Positions 9,987-20,284 of a DNA stretch of 64,000 nucleotides are shown piece by piece. The notes under the pieces were generated by a model. That model worked only from the letters and a program-made list of their open reading frames with translations, did no database searches and was not told the DNA's origin. The position numbers and the translations under genes were made by a program. How positions within the stretch are numbered: position 1 is the first letter of the stretch; every line of letters begins with the position of its first letter. The stretch is from a virus, in the IMG/VR virus record IMGVR_UViG_3300023184_000079, positions 17,645 through 81,644 of that record; one strand, written 5' to 3'.

Positions 9987-10502
9987 TTAGTGTTTTATAT
10001 GTAGGTCGTGCGTTTGCGGTTTAAGACTCTTAGGATTAAGCACCTCGCACAGACCGCCCTGCTTCGTACCGTCGGTAAAGATTACCCACCACTTACGTGG
10101 ACGGAGTCCTAGATAAATCTCTGTCCGATCCCAATAAACTACTTCTGCAAGTTGTTGAGGGCCGCTTCCAACATGAGCAAAACAGAAGCCGGGGATGGGG
10201 CCGGGGTAGTCTCTGCTTGAAACAACCGAGTTATTGACCCCCGCTTTATCGCCTTTCATATCAAACTGGACTTCACGTACCCAGACAGAGGCCTTGAGTT
10301 CGCAACCATTGCACCAGCAGGTATCTTGGCGCTGTTCAGACTTAATGGTCAGAATATTGTCTATGGCGTCCTGCATTATTTTTTCCCGTATCGTTGCTTC
10401 TTCTTTATTTGAGCCAACCGGGGTCTTTGTTGCCAGAAAGGTATTGCCGTCACGGTATTCGTTGGCGTACTCTTCTTCTTTGATTTCTTCTTCTTCGTTC
10501 AT
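9987..10502 (-). CDS. Hypothetical protein
   Basis: ORF with Cys motifs; start MNEEEE overlaps the stop of the upstream gene. Confidence 0.55.
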   Translation of the reverse strand: MNEEEEIKEEEYANEYRDGNTFLATKTPVGSNKEEATIREKIMQDAIDNILTIKSEQRQDTCWCNGCELKASVWVREVQFDMKGDKAGVNNSVVSSRDYPGPIPGFCFAHVGSGPQQLAEVVYWDRTEIYLGLRPRKWWVIFTDGTKQGGLCEVLNPKSLKPQTHDLHIKH

Positions 10503-13500
10503 ACTACGCCTTCTCCATCGCATACATCGCATTTGGCGGTGACTCTACCATCGGAGTCACAATCATAGCAAGTGGTTTGCCCGTGTCCATTGCATAATCC
10601 GCAAGTCACCCTCCCCGTGGCTTCACAACTCTCGCACGGCAGGCCATCAACGTGACCGTCTCCATCGCAATATCCACATTGCGCCTTGCCGCTCCCTATG
10701 TACATACCGGGACGGCGGCGGTCGGTGACGGCCATGTCGCATCCGTCGCATTTTAGTTTCTCCGTGCCATCGCACTTAGGACATTTTATATTAACTTCGC
10801 CATTTCCTTTACAATTGGAGCAAGTGTTGTCTGTTACTAAGCCGTGTCCATTGCAGATTTCGCAAATTTTCGAGAAATCCGAATACTCCGACAACCCATA
10901 ACCACTGCACGTGTCACACATCTTAAGGGCAACCTCGTCGTTGCTCCCGGTTTCCGCGTCCGCCTGCGTTAGATCCATTATTCGAAAATAACCGTTATTA
11001 AATCTCATTATCGCAAGATTTTTACCCCCAATAGTAGGATCAGTTATTTCGCTTTCTGTAGCGTCCGGCGGTTCTAGTTTCATTCTGCTCAAAGTAGAAA
11101 GCGACTCGGCCAAATCCATTTGCGAGACAGCATGCGTTCCGTCCCGGGCACCGTCGTCCATTCCCAATGCTAACATGTCTGATGCATTGTTGCGCATTGC
11201 AATTTGAACCCACGCTGCATATTCTTCGACATACCCAACAGCCGGAAAATTTTTACGCAAACTTGCGTTATGCCAAAGAATTTCAAGGCCTTGCCTATAG
11301 CCTTCCTCAAAATATTCGCTGATAATTCCGAAAGACTTCAAAAGATTTTTCATTCTGCGCTGATCCGTGCCTTTGTCGGTCGCAGCGAAACTTCCAGCGT
11401 AAGCAAGTATGTCGCTATTAACCGCGACAATAAGATCATTGGTAAAACCATTGTATTTTGCAGGAACTAGGTTAGTAGGATTTGCTATTTGTGCAAGCGT
11501 GTCAACGTCATTAAAATAAACAAATGGCGTTTTGGCGTCAAATGTTTTTGACCACATATCTAGTAAGTTGTCGTCTATCTTTCCACGCGCGAATTCAAGA
11601 ATCATTTGAAATTTTCTATACTCATTTTCTTCCCCGAGCAGGCCATCCGTTGTGCACTTGAAATAGTCAGAAAGAACTTCTGGATTTTCGTTATCAAGAT
11701 GATAAAGTTCCATTCCCAAAGTATTATAAAGACGCTTCCAGTCCTCTCTCTCTATCACGTTCCTCAGCCACCCCGGATCAGAACTTGTTTCGGCAACAAT
11801 TTCCGCAATATCATATATAATCTTTATGAACGTAATCTCAGCCGCTCTTTGTATTTGTTGAAGAGTAGTCGATGGAGATAATGAGGGATAATTATAAACT
11901 TCATTATTAATAAATACTGGCGTTTTTTCGCCATTACCATTGTCGTTAACAACCCACCAATCTGGACGTTCAATTTCTTGAAAAAGAGGCAACTGTTTAT
12001 CTTCTATGTAAATCGAATGATCTTCTTTAACCTTTTGATATATACGATTAAAATATTTCTGTTTTGCATTATCCACAGCCCGAGGGTCTGCCCGGTCTAA
12101 AACACCACCGTCTTCTAGTTCAACTTCTGCGTTATTGCCGTTGATATCCTGCTGAATCAAATTGAATTGTTGGGCGCTAAAGATATTCTTGAAAGTCTCA
12201 TAGTTTGAATAAAAATTTTGGTAGAATAGATATGCTCCGACACCGGGGTCTTCTGCAAAACTGCGCCGCCACTGCGTAAAAGAAATGTCTAAATCGCGCA
12301 GACACTGCCGAGTATCATCAATGGCATTTTCGGTTGCATAACTTTGCGATGCTATGGCGTCCAACAGGTCATTGCTGGAGACACTCTCATCAAGAAGGAA
12401 CTCTACCATTTTTTGAATTGTTTCATTGGGTCTTGTACTATTTGCAACAATAGAGCGCAGCCCCACTCCCACGTTTGGCTTGCTGCCCAAGTCAATGGCA
12501 GGGTCTACGCTTGTGTTGAGGTACGACATAATAACGTAATAGTAGGCAGCGTTTTTTGCGCCAACCTGATCATAGAAGTCGTCGCCCATAGTGTCTTTTT
12601 TGGTGTCCTCCCGGCCCCGGGCAAGTCGTTCTGATATAAGATCAATAATTTCATTGAACGGCTCCTCGGCCGCCCGATTGTTACCGAAAACTTCTGAACA
12701 GAAGGAATCTCCGTCACGGAAGGCGTCGCCGACACCTTTCATTTGTAAATCTTTGCTCCAATATCGCACCCCCTCTTTCGCCTTTGCCGAAAGCGTTTTT
12801 ATATTGCCAATCTCCTCCCCCTGCTCAATTCTGTAATAATTTTTGCCCTCGCGGAAAAAGAAAGTAATCAAAAGTATGATAACATCATGATATCTGTTTT
12901 TCGACCCTATATCTAACCCAACCAGTCCGATTATTTCTGCGACCATTGAGCGATAATCGTCCGGATACTCGGCCCATCTGGAAGCGTTTTCCAACGCCTC
13001 TTCGTAAATCTCGTCTTCAATTCTTGTCAAAAGGGTTTCCTCTTCAAAGAATTCGGCAACGTTGACTACAATATCTGTTCTAAGTTCTGAGTCAAACATT
13101 TTTTTGCCGGATATTCCAAGAGCGGCTTTAAATCCCTTTGCCTGCTCTGCCCGTCGCCGTGACCCCTCGAAGGCCTCCGACGACAGGCTTGCGTATTCGA
13201 CGACTCGTCGCTGCATTTCGTTGGCTCGTCGTATCTGTCTTCCCATCCCGCCGCCACGCAGCGCGTCTTTGTTGAGATAAATATCTATTAGGTTAATAAA
13301 AATATTAGAAGTATTTTTTTCAGAAATAGATGACGCTTGTATTAACTTGCGGTTCTCTCGCATCGGTCCAAAGTCTGGATCAACATGCTCTGTATTGTTC
13401 TCTTTCGACCACCGTATGCCCTGAAGAACTTCTTCTGGTGAGTAGGTGTTCATATACTCTTCAAGTTCTTTATCACCGCCCTCTTGATCGTCGCGAAGGA

Positions 13501-15133
13501 GGGGCATAATAAATCTTCCATATGCGTACTTGCCCTTTGCATTTAGATCTCTTAATGTCTCCCAATAATCTTCCCATGACATCGGCTCAAGAAGGTTTGT
13601 CTCGCCATTCTCTCTGACTCTTTCTTTTGAATTCTCATATTGGTCGTGATCTCCAGAAAGAAAATCTTCATAAAATTTAGATTTTCTTTCGCCAATGGCT
13701 TCTTCCGACGTGTCTACCCCAAGATATGCAAAAATATCTCTGAGCGCAAAGGCAGTCGGGTATGTTGGAATTCCATTTTTCCAAGAGTGCATGGCTGAAA
13801 GAACATATGAGCCCGGATCATTCATAATGGTAAACGTTGCTTGTGGAACTCCTTTGAGACGTACAGAGAAATCTCTGCTTATACCCTGATCGTGAGCGCG
13901 CTCGTAGTAGCCATGGCCGCCCCCAATACAATGGTCTAGAACCGCGCCCTCATTGGCGTAGTCGTCTTGCGTTTCCAGTTCGTAGAACTCCCAAGCGTCT
14001 GGTCTATTCTTATCCGGATCCACGCTTGGCACACCTTCTATCAAGCGCCCACCGAGACCGAAGTTTCTTGCGACAAAAGCCGTATTTGTGCTGCGCATGT
14101 TTTTCATTATGATTTTGGAGGCAACTGCAAGAACGGCAGCCGGAGTTTTGGCTTCATTAGCAAAGCGAATGGCAGGTCCTAGTACGTCGCGGTTATCATA
14201 TGGAATCTGTTCAGTTTCAAAATAATGTTTGGAATCGCCGTTTAAAAATGTATAGGGATTTGTTTTTAAATTTTGAACCAGTTCGCTATCAAGTTTGACG
14301 AAATCATAACTGTCAGTAACTTTCCTCTTTGAAAAAACATCCCAAGCCACTATTGCTTCCTTCATCTTCCTCAAGTCTTGGGCGCTTGTTGCGGCTCTGT
14401 ACATTAAATTAATAATGTCTGAAAAATAGTTTTTGTCTTCCATCATTTGCTTAAAAAGCAAATCAAAGAACTTCATAATTGCTCTATATCCACCGTCTGA
14501 ATTTGGATCCATCGGATCATATATCTTATAGAATCCATTTTTTAGCCTTTCTCGCGTCTGTCCTGTCGATTGAATTATTCCTTGCGGACCAACGTCACTA
14601 TCGTTTAGAAGCCACGGAATTTGCAGGGGGAAAATGGTAAATTTGTCAAGACAGGTCGTGAGGTTATCAATAAACTCCAGATACGTTTTTTCCGCTGATA
14701 AGTCATCAGAGATTAACCATTTCAAAGAATTTTGCTTTAAATCTTGATTAACCATTTCAAAGAATTTTGCTTTAAATCTTTTTGTTGAGGCGTTTGCAAT
14801 TATTTTTTCAAATGCCTGCTCTATACTCAGTATTGTTGCATCAGCCTCTACGATGAAAGATGCCGTGCGGGACAAGTAATCATAGACGACATCTGCGATG
14901 GCGTTACGGTCGCCGCTAGCGTCCTCAAACTTGACGTATCCGCCGGGGGTGATCTCTCCCTTGGCAAACAATCCTTGTGAGGAGTGGGGCAGGTATCCCG
15001 ATGCCATGAGATTGACCTCGGTTCTCAACTCCGGCATGCCCTCTTCCAGAAGAGCGAAGTGCGGATTATCCCCAATGTTTACATACGGCGCTTCGCCGTC
15101 AAAGGGAATAAATGCTATCCAATTCTTCGACAT
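10499..15133 (-). CDS. 1544-aa protein with a PcfJ-like (EG..L.HCIG) domain and a C-terminal DnaJ-type CxxCxGxG zinc finger
   Basis: NEGAVLDHCIGG motif; about ten CxxC(xGxG) repeats at the C-terminus. Confidence 0.7.
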   Translation of the reverse strand: MSKNWIAFIPFDGEAPYVNIGDNPHFALLEEGMPELRTEVNLMASGYLPHSSQGLFAKGEITPGGYVKFEDASGDRNAIADVVYDYLSRTASFIVEADATILSIEQAFEKIIANASTKRFKAKFFEMVNQDLKQNSLKWLISDDLSAEKTYLEFIDNLTTCLDKFTIFPLQIPWLLNDSDVGPQGIIQSTGQTRERLKNGFYKIYDPMDPNSDGGYRAIMKFFDLLFKQMMEDKNYFSDIINLMYRAATSAQDLRKMKEAIVAWDVFSKRKVTDSYDFVKLDSELVQNLKTNPYTFLNGDSKHYFETEQIPYDNRDVLGPAIRFANEAKTPAAVLAVASKIIMKNMRSTNTAFVARNFGLGGRLIEGVPSVDPDKNRPDAWEFYELETQDDYANEGAVLDHCIGGGHGYYERAHDQGISRDFSVRLKGVPQATFTIMNDPGSYVLSAMHSWKNGIPTYPTAFALRDIFAYLGVDTSEEAIGERKSKFYEDFLSGDHDQYENSKERVRENGETNLLEPMSWEDYWETLRDLNAKGKYAYGRFIMPLLRDDQEGGDKELEEYMNTYSPEEVLQGIRWSKENNTEHVDPDFGPMRENRKLIQASSISEKNTSNIFINLIDIYLNKDALRGGGMGRQIRRANEMQRRVVEYASLSSEAFEGSRRRAEQAKGFKAALGISGKKMFDSELRTDIVVNVAEFFEEETLLTRIEDEIYEEALENASRWAEYPDDYRSMVAEIIGLVGLDIGSKNRYHDVIILLITFFFREGKNYYRIEQGEEIGNIKTLSAKAKEGVRYWSKDLQMKGVGDAFRDGDSFCSEVFGNNRAAEEPFNEIIDLISERLARGREDTKKDTMGDDFYDQVGAKNAAYYYVIMSYLNTSVDPAIDLGSKPNVGVGLRSIVANSTRPNETIQKMVEFLLDESVSSNDLLDAIASQSYATENAIDDTRQCLRDLDISFTQWRRSFAEDPGVGAYLFYQNFYSNYETFKNIFSAQQFNLIQQDINGNNAEVELEDGGVLDRADPRAVDNAKQKYFNRIYQKVKEDHSIYIEDKQLPLFQEIERPDWWVVNDNGNGEKTPVFINNEVYNYPSLSPSTTLQQIQRAAEITFIKIIYDIAEIVAETSSDPGWLRNVIEREDWKRLYNTLGMELYHLDNENPEVLSDYFKCTTDGLLGEENEYRKFQMILEFARGKIDDNLLDMWSKTFDAKTPFVYFNDVDTLAQIANPTNLVPAKYNGFTNDLIVAVNSDILAYAGSFAATDKGTDQRRMKNLLKSFGIISEYFEEGYRQGLEILWHNASLRKNFPAVGYVEEYAAWVQIAMRNNASDMLALGMDDGARDGTHAVSQMDLAESLSTLSRMKLEPPDATESEITDPTIGGKNLAIMRFNNGYFRIMDLTQADAETGSNDEVALKMCDTCSGYGLSEYSDFSKICEICNGHGLVTDNTCSNCKGNGEVNIKCPKCDGTEKLKCDGCDMAVTDRRRPGMYIGSGKAQCGYCDGDGHVDGLPCESCEATGRVTCGLCNGHGQTTCYDCDSDGRVTAKCDVCDGEGVV

Positions 15134-15165
15134 GTCTATTATTTATGTTGCGCAAAAGAAGAATT

Positions 15166-15801
15166 CTATGGGGTAAAATTAATGCCGCTGTTCCAAATAA
15201 AATGGCTAGCCTTTTCCCAAAGTCGATCCTTTTGCTCCATGGACAGGCTGCCGTATCTCGGGTCATCATACATGTCTTTGACCTGCTTGATTAATTGTGA
15301 GCAATGATTATAAAATTCAATTTGCGCCTGCTTGTCCGGTTCTTGATTTGGCTGTCCCGCCCCCGGAAACTGGATAAGGTCGCCTGCGGTTTTGACCGCT
15401 TCTTTTTTCTTTTTTTTATTCACGGATTCAAGTGATTCATTTTCTAAGAGAATCTTGGCCCAGTCTGGTTGTCCGGGTTTATTTTCGCCCACGGGATAGC
15501 GTGGAAAATACAGATCTGACCCGACCTCGCCGCGCGGTTTTTTCTTTTCTTTTTTCTTACCTGATTGTTTGTCGTCAAATTTGACAGACCACACCTCATG
15601 CGATCCACAATCGGGACAAGTAGGTGGTATATCGAAGACATCATAGCCGCCTCGTTTTCCGCAGCCATAACATTCCATAGTGTTCCACAATTCGGATCGA
15701 AGACCGTCTTCAACTTCGTCCCAACTAAAATTACCTTTCTCGTCAACAGACTTTTTGAACCACTTCCAACGCTCGTTTGCTGTTTCAAATTTAAATGCCA
15801 T
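15166..15801 (-). CDS. Leader-family A protein (MAFKFETANERWKW) with a Zn ribbon
   Basis: Shared leader; CYGCG..CPDCG. Confidence 0.8.
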   Translation of the reverse strand: MAFKFETANERWKWFKKSVDEKGNFSWDEVEDGLRSELWNTMECYGCGKRGGYDVFDIPPTCPDCGSHEVWSVKFDDKQSGKKKEKKKPRGEVGSDLYFPRYPVGENKPGQPDWAKILLENESLESVNKKKKKEAVKTAGDLIQFPGAGQPNQEPDKQAQIEFYNHCSQLIKQVKDMYDDPRYGSLSMEQKDRLWEKASHFIWNSGINFTP

Positions 15802-15805
15802 TGTT

Positions 15806-16315
15806 TCACATTCCTAAATGATCAAAAAACTTTTTTTCTTTGCTCTGTTCTTTGTTCCTAAGATCATGGACTCGCCATCGATGTTTTGATTCGTCGAATT
15901 CCAAGTTGTCAAATCTGGTTTTCCATTGTTCTCCGACGAGGGTTGGGTCCATAAAACCGGAATTTGCATAAGTCTTTTGCATGTCGTCAAAGATATAGTT
16001 CCAGTCTATTTTTCTTTCGTCTATAAATCCAGAGTTGTCATAGAAATCTTGAAGTATTTTATTATTGTATGGGCCTAGCCATTTTCCAATAACATACTCT
16101 GCCAATCTCTGCGGCCCCGCGCCATCCGCCCCCATGCCTTTTCTTACGACACCCCAAGCGTCTTGGATACTGTTGTTGTTGTTGTTATTCATCTCTGTTC
16201 GGACTTGTTGTGTTTCGTAATTTGGAGCATCTTGATACGGAGCGTCTTGATCAAAAAGGCGACCAGAGAGATACCACTTCCAACGCTCGTTCGCTGTTTC
16301 AAATTTAATCGCCAT
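15806..16315 (-). CDS. Leader-family A protein (MAIKFETANERWKW)
   Basis: Start reassigned to ATG 16315 by the shared leader. Confidence 0.8.
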   Translation of the reverse strand: MAIKFETANERWKWYLSGRLFDQDAPYQDAPNYETQQVRTEMNNNNNNSIQDAWGVVRKGMGADGAGPQRLAEYVIGKWLGPYNNKILQDFYDNSGFIDERKIDWNYIFDDMQKTYANSGFMDPTLVGEQWKTRFDNLEFDESKHRWRVHDLRNKEQSKEKKFFDHLGM

Positions 16316-16844
16316 TTTTAAATTCAACCTGAACATTTCTCATCCTGTTAAAGACAACAGTCATATATAGGAAATCATAAACAAGTTTAAAAAAATCATT
16401 TGCATTCATATCATTGATATAAACATCTGGATCAGAGATAACCGCTTGAGCCACCATTTTGATATGTTCGGAAATTTCTAAAAGGGTTTGTTTTGCCTCG
16501 TCGGCCCATTTAGATTCACTCATCGGCCCTAAAAGTACCCAGTCCTTGTCTTCAGGCTCCCATCTCTTGAGCACCTCAACAAGACCAAGCGCAGCATCAT
16601 AAATAGTTTCGGCAGTTTCTGGAACTAAATCAATAGGGTCTCTTCCCTGAGCAAGAAGGGGGGACAGAAATTCATTATTGATATCGGTTAGCAAAGGTTG
16701 AATTCGGACAGCCTGATCAACATACTCTAGATCTTTGTCTACCCGATCCCATGATCCGTCGGTGGCTGGTTCATCCTGCCAATCGGACTGCTTACGATTG
16801 AACCACTTCCAACGCTCGTTTGCTGTTTCAAATTTAAATGCCAT
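16305..16844 (-). CDS. Leader-family A protein (MAFKFETANERWKW)
   Basis: Start reassigned to ATG 16844 by the shared leader. Confidence 0.8.
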   Translation of the reverse strand: MAFKFETANERWKWFNRKQSDWQDEPATDGSWDRVDKDLEYVDQAVRIQPLLTDINNEFLSPLLAQGRDPIDLVPETAETIYDAALGLVEVLKRWEPEDKDWVLLGPMSESKWADEAKQTLLEISEHIKMVAQAVISDPDVYINDMNANDFFKLVYDFLYMTVVFNRMRNVQVEFKNGD

Positions 16845-17382
16845 TGTTCTGTTCTTCCCATCTTCTGTTTTCTTCAATGCGGCCGACAATGGAATCATAA
16901 ATTTCTTGCCAATTCACTTTGGAGTCTTGAATTATGTGATCATTCATATCTGTTGGCTGCGGTTCTCCAAACAATCCATACGCTATGTTTCTCATTCTTT
17001 CAACATATTGCGTGCGAGCCTCGGGATCATTTGGATGACGCTCTTGTGCCCGCGCCATCCAGTCCTCTACGTCTCTCTCTCTCATGGCCGCTACTTCCTC
17101 TTCGTCGGTCCAATTCTGAGCCTCATCCATCAAGTTCTTATTGTAAGGACTTATAATGTTTTGCAGAGCCCAGTCGGATAGTTGCTGAACGGATCCACCG
17201 CGCTCAACGAGTTTGTAAGCATACGAAGACGTTTCTTCTTCGTTGTCAATTATTAAAGCAGTGTTCCAAGTGTCCCAGTTTGTCCAGCCATTATAGTTGT
17301 CCGCAGAAGGATCCATTGGGTCAATGACACTTTGCTTGTACCAGTCCCAACGTTCGTTTGCTGTTTCAAATCTAAATGCCAT
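16834..17382 (-). CDS. Leader-family A protein with a YNGWTNWDTW phage domain
   Basis: Shared leader, then the widespread phage motif YNGWTNxxTW..VNWQEI. Confidence 0.8.
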   Translation of the reverse strand: MAFRFETANERWDWYKQSVIDPMDPSADNYNGWTNWDTWNTALIIDNEEETSSYAYKLVERGGSVQQLSDWALQNIISPYNKNLMDEAQNWTDEEEVAAMRERDVEDWMARAQERHPNDPEARTQYVERMRNIAYGLFGEPQPTDMNDHIIQDSKVNWQEIYDSIVGRIEENRRWEEQNNGI

Positions 17383-17409
17383 TGTAACTATTACCTTGCG
17401 CTTGGGGCA

Positions 17410-17973
17410 CTAAGGAAGCGTCCTTAAAACGCGCGCGATGTCTTCATGCTGACGACCAATCGTCTTAGCAGATTGATTAAACCAATCTTTCAACTGTGCG
17501 ATTGAGTTTATTGCGTCTTCATTTGGAAGCGCCTGCTGTTCTTCAATGGCGAGAACTGCATTGCCGACGAGATAGGACATCTGGCCGATGGCATCAAGAA
17601 TATTCTTTCTAAAGTCTGCCTCTGCCTTATTTGTCGGAATCCAGACATTTATGATTTCCTTGTAGCCGCTTTCAAATATTGCCGATTCGGCCTGCTTCAA
17701 GTAATTCAGATATTTTTCGATATGGCTTCGGATTTCGCCGCCCGTGTAATCGTCCAACAATTCTTCAAAGGCAGCGTCACTATAGTCTTCAAGGGCGTGG
17801 TTGTTCCCTCCCGCTAGGCTCCATGACAAATCGAACAATTGGTCAAGAGCCGCAAGTTTTTCCTCCAGACGAATTCTTTGTTCGCTGGCGTCCGCAGAAG
17901 GATCCATTGGGTCAATGACACTTTGCTTGTACCATTTCCATCGTTCATTTGCTGTTTCAAAACGAAATGCCAT
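17410..17973 (-). CDS. Leader-family A protein (MAFRFETANERWKW)
   Basis: First 28 aa nearly identical to 16834..17382, remainder unrelated. Confidence 0.8.
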   Translation of the reverse strand: MAFRFETANERWKWYKQSVIDPMDPSADASEQRIRLEEKLAALDQLFDLSWSLAGGNNHALEDYSDAAFEELLDDYTGGEIRSHIEKYLNYLKQAESAIFESGYKEIINVWIPTNKAEADFRKNILDAIGQMSYLVGNAVLAIEEQQALPNEDAINSIAQLKDWFNQSAKTIGRQHEDIARVLRTLP

Positions 17974-18063
17974 TGCATCTATTACTATACGCTTAGGCTA
18001 TGAAGAAGGTAGTCATAGCCATTTCCTTCTAATAGTTTTACTAATTATATTTTTGTTTAGACC

Positions 18064-18097
18064 AAAAAGAAAGAGCCGCCCCCGAAGGGACGGCTCT
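18064..18097 (-). terminator. Rho-independent terminator
   Basis: AGAGCCGTCCC-TTCG-GGGGCGGCTCT followed by TTCTTTTT on the minus strand. Confidence 0.85.
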
Positions 18098-18170
18098 GAG
18101 AGAGGGGTGGGGGTTCTGCGACGTAGCAAGAAGAACCCCCATATGAGGATGGATGGTGGAGAGAAAATCT

Positions 18171-18503
18171 CTAGGAGTTCATCTGCTTCTGCATCTCCAG
18201 CAGGCGCTGGATCTTGCTAGCAACCGACCCGCCAGAGCGAACCGGTGTGAACCCACAAGCCTTCTGGTATTCGCTGAAGTTGCCAAAGACCTTGATGATC
18301 GTTGCACCGTGCGGCCAGCAAATGTCCTGCTGGAAACGGTTGATCAACGACTCCTTGTCGGAACGCTTTGACCTTGCAGCGTAGGCGGGGAAGAAGTGCG
18401 CCTGCGTCGGAACCTCGCCGTACTTCTGGTGATACATCTGACCGGCAAGAATGCAGTTCTCGCGCGTCCAAGTTGTATCGTCGTTCGTGATCTTGCTAGC
18501 CAT
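18171..18503 (-). CDS. Homing-endonuclease-associated repeat protein
   Basis: WTRENCI..YHQKYGEVPT..WPHGATIIKVFGNFSEY..ACG pattern. Confidence 0.6.
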   Translation of the reverse strand: MASKITNDDTTWTRENCILAGQMYHQKYGEVPTQAHFFPAYAARSKRSDKESLINRFQQDICWPHGATIIKVFGNFSEYQKACGFTPVRSGGSVASKIQRLLEMQKQMNS

Positions 18504-18504
18504 T

Positions 18505-18753
18505 TCAGTTTCCTTTTCGATTGGCTTTGATGGACTGCTTACCCATTGTATGGGAGTTTGCATTGAGAGTCAAACGACCCTCTATTTCCTTCCGATTGTT
18601 GAGTAACCAACGATGATCGGAAGGAGAATTCGGAACGGTTCCGACAAGCGCCTCGCCCTCATCATAAATTTTCCAATGAGAAGAGCGAGAACGCTTGACG
18701 GTAAGACCGTTCTTTTCCAGAAATCGAAGATATTTCCGGACTTCCTTGTCCAT
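18505..18753 (-). CDS. HicA-like protein
   Basis: LEKNGLTVKRSRSSHWKIY..TVPNSPSDHRWLLN. Confidence 0.6.
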   Translation of the reverse strand: MDKEVRKYLRFLEKNGLTVKRSRSSHWKIYDEGEALVGTVPNSPSDHRWLLNNRKEIEGRLTLNANSHTMGKQSIKANRKGN

Positions 18754-19161
18754 CTAGAAGCAGTTCTTGATCTGGTCAAGCCGATTGCGAAGATCGCCAT
18801 TCTCGTTGCGGAGAGTGGTGTTCTCGTTGCGGAGGGTAACGACCTCGCGCTCCATGGACTCAATCGCACCGGCCAGCGAAGGAATCTGCGCCTGAGCAGC
18901 AACCTCGGCAGGCTTCTGCGGTTGCGGCTTGGTAGTTGGCTTGATCGGCTGCACAGTCGTAGCGGCCTGAATCTTCGCCGTGGCGTAGTACGCGGCCTGC
19001 ACCGATCCGTGCGTCTTGTTGCGAACCTTAGCGACCACACGAATCGCAGCGGCTGTAGAACAGCCTTCCTTGCTCTTGATGCTCTGAACGGCTTTGAAGT
19101 CGCTCATCTGCTGGCCGCGTGGGCGGCGAGTGGAAGGGGTGGTGGTGGTGGTGCCAGTCAT
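18754..19161 (-). CDS. Hypothetical protein, C-terminal coiled coil
   Basis: AAGGAG SD; LRNENTTLRNENGDLRNRL heptads. Confidence 0.65.
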   Translation of the reverse strand: MTGTTTTTPSTRRPRGQQMSDFKAVQSIKSKEGCSTAAAIRVVAKVRNKTHGSVQAAYYATAKIQAATTVQPIKPTTKPQPQKPAEVAAQAQIPSLAGAIESMEREVVTLRNENTTLRNENGDLRNRLDQIKNCF

Positions 19162-19192
19162 TTAGACTCCTTTGGCTCCGGGGTGTAATTGG

Positions 19193-19268
19193 ATTATGCA
19201 CGAACCGTCTGTCGGTGTCAAGCACCAACCGACAATCGGATTGTAGACACATCCCAACGACATGTCAA
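19193..19268 (-). promoter_or_regulatory. Two tandem sigma-70-type promoters
   Basis: TTGACA-17-TACAAT (19268-19240) and TTGACA-17-CATAAT (19221-19193). Confidence 0.75.
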
Positions 19269-19660
19269 GTTGCTTGATTTTTTTGTTGCGCTCGCTTATC
19301 AGCACTGTAATGAGCGTTGCAAAATCCCTTACTGTGGTGGACTTTATCGCAGTCTTCAATACTGCAATTTTTATCATTCTCTTTCTTCTCGACAGTAGCA
19401 ACCTTGCCGCATTCGGCAAAAGCCTGATCGTCGTCGTACTCGGGATAGAAATCAATAATTGAACGACTACCCTCTGTAGAAATCATTTTATCCAAGGCAT
19501 TAAAATTTATCTTCGTACGTCGTCCAGACATAAAATCACTAAGACTCTTTGCCGAAACTCCGCACCGCTCTGCAAAAGCCCCTGCCGTCTCTTTCTCGCA
19601 GCACTCCTTGATCCAAGGGATCAGTGGCGCTACGGGAAGGACTCGGGGAAGTTTCATCAT
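19265..19660 (-). CDS. XRE-like HTH protein with a C-terminal CxxxxC..C..HY zinc finger
   Basis: FAERCGVSAKSLSDFMSG; CSIEDCDKVHHSKGFCNAHY. Confidence 0.65.
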   Translation of the reverse strand: MMKLPRVLPVAPLIPWIKECCEKETAGAFAERCGVSAKSLSDFMSGRRTKINFNALDKMISTEGSRSIIDFYPEYDDDQAFAECGKVATVEKKENDKNCSIEDCDKVHHSKGFCNAHYSADKRAQQKNQAT

Positions 19661-19715
19661 ACATCTCTCCTTTGAAAGTAAACAAACCCTAGTCGGACAC
19701 CTTTGGCGATGTCAA

Positions 19716-20192
19716 CTACGAGTCAGTTGATACCAACTTGTTTTTCTTATGAACCTCACGATGATGTGTGGCGCAGAGCCACACGATGTCGAACGGCTTG
19801 CTATAGTCCTCATGGTGCGCATGTACGTTTTCGTTAGTGCCGCACACTTCGCAGTCTTTACGCTCTAGACGACCACGGCGAATAGCGCCGCGCGTCTTCT
19901 CCCGCGCCTGTATCTTTAGGTAGCGGTCTTTATCATGCCGTCGTTTTCGGTCGGCGGCGCTACGGAGTTCCCTCGCGTCTGGACGCTGGCTGTACTCCTT
20001 CTTGTATTCTCTCACCTTTTCTCTATTTGTTTCTTTCCAATTTCTGGAGCAGGCGAGAATGCGATCCTTATTCTCTTCATAATAAGCGGCCGTCTTTTCT
20101 TTATTCTTTTTGCGCCAATTTTCAGCCTTGATGCGATTCTTGCATCGTTTGCATTTATCGCATTTACAACCGACTGGTGTATCAAATGCCAT
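19716..20192 (-). CDS. HNH-like / zinc-binding phage protein
   Basis: CEVCG..HAHHEDYSKPFDIVWLCATHHREVH. Confidence 0.7.
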   Translation of the reverse strand: MAFDTPVGCKCDKCKRCKNRIKAENWRKKNKEKTAAYYEENKDRILACSRNWKETNREKVREYKKEYSQRPDARELRSAADRKRRHDKDRYLKIQAREKTRGAIRRGRLERKDCEVCGTNENVHAHHEDYSKPFDIVWLCATHHREVHKKNKLVSTDS

Positions 20193-20211
20193 ATCCCTCT
20201 CCTTTAGTTAG

Positions 20212-20284
20212 TCCGCGAGGCTGGGATCGAACCAGCGACCATTCGCTTAGAAGGCGAAGACTCTATCCACTGAGTTACTCGCGG
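20212..20284 (-). tRNA. tRNA-Arg (anticodon TCT), CCA not encoded
   Basis: CCGCGAG/CTCGCGG acceptor stem, D arm with CTC/GAG pairing, anticodon loop CT-TCT-AA, T arm GCTGG-TTCGATC-CCAGC. Confidence 0.92.
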
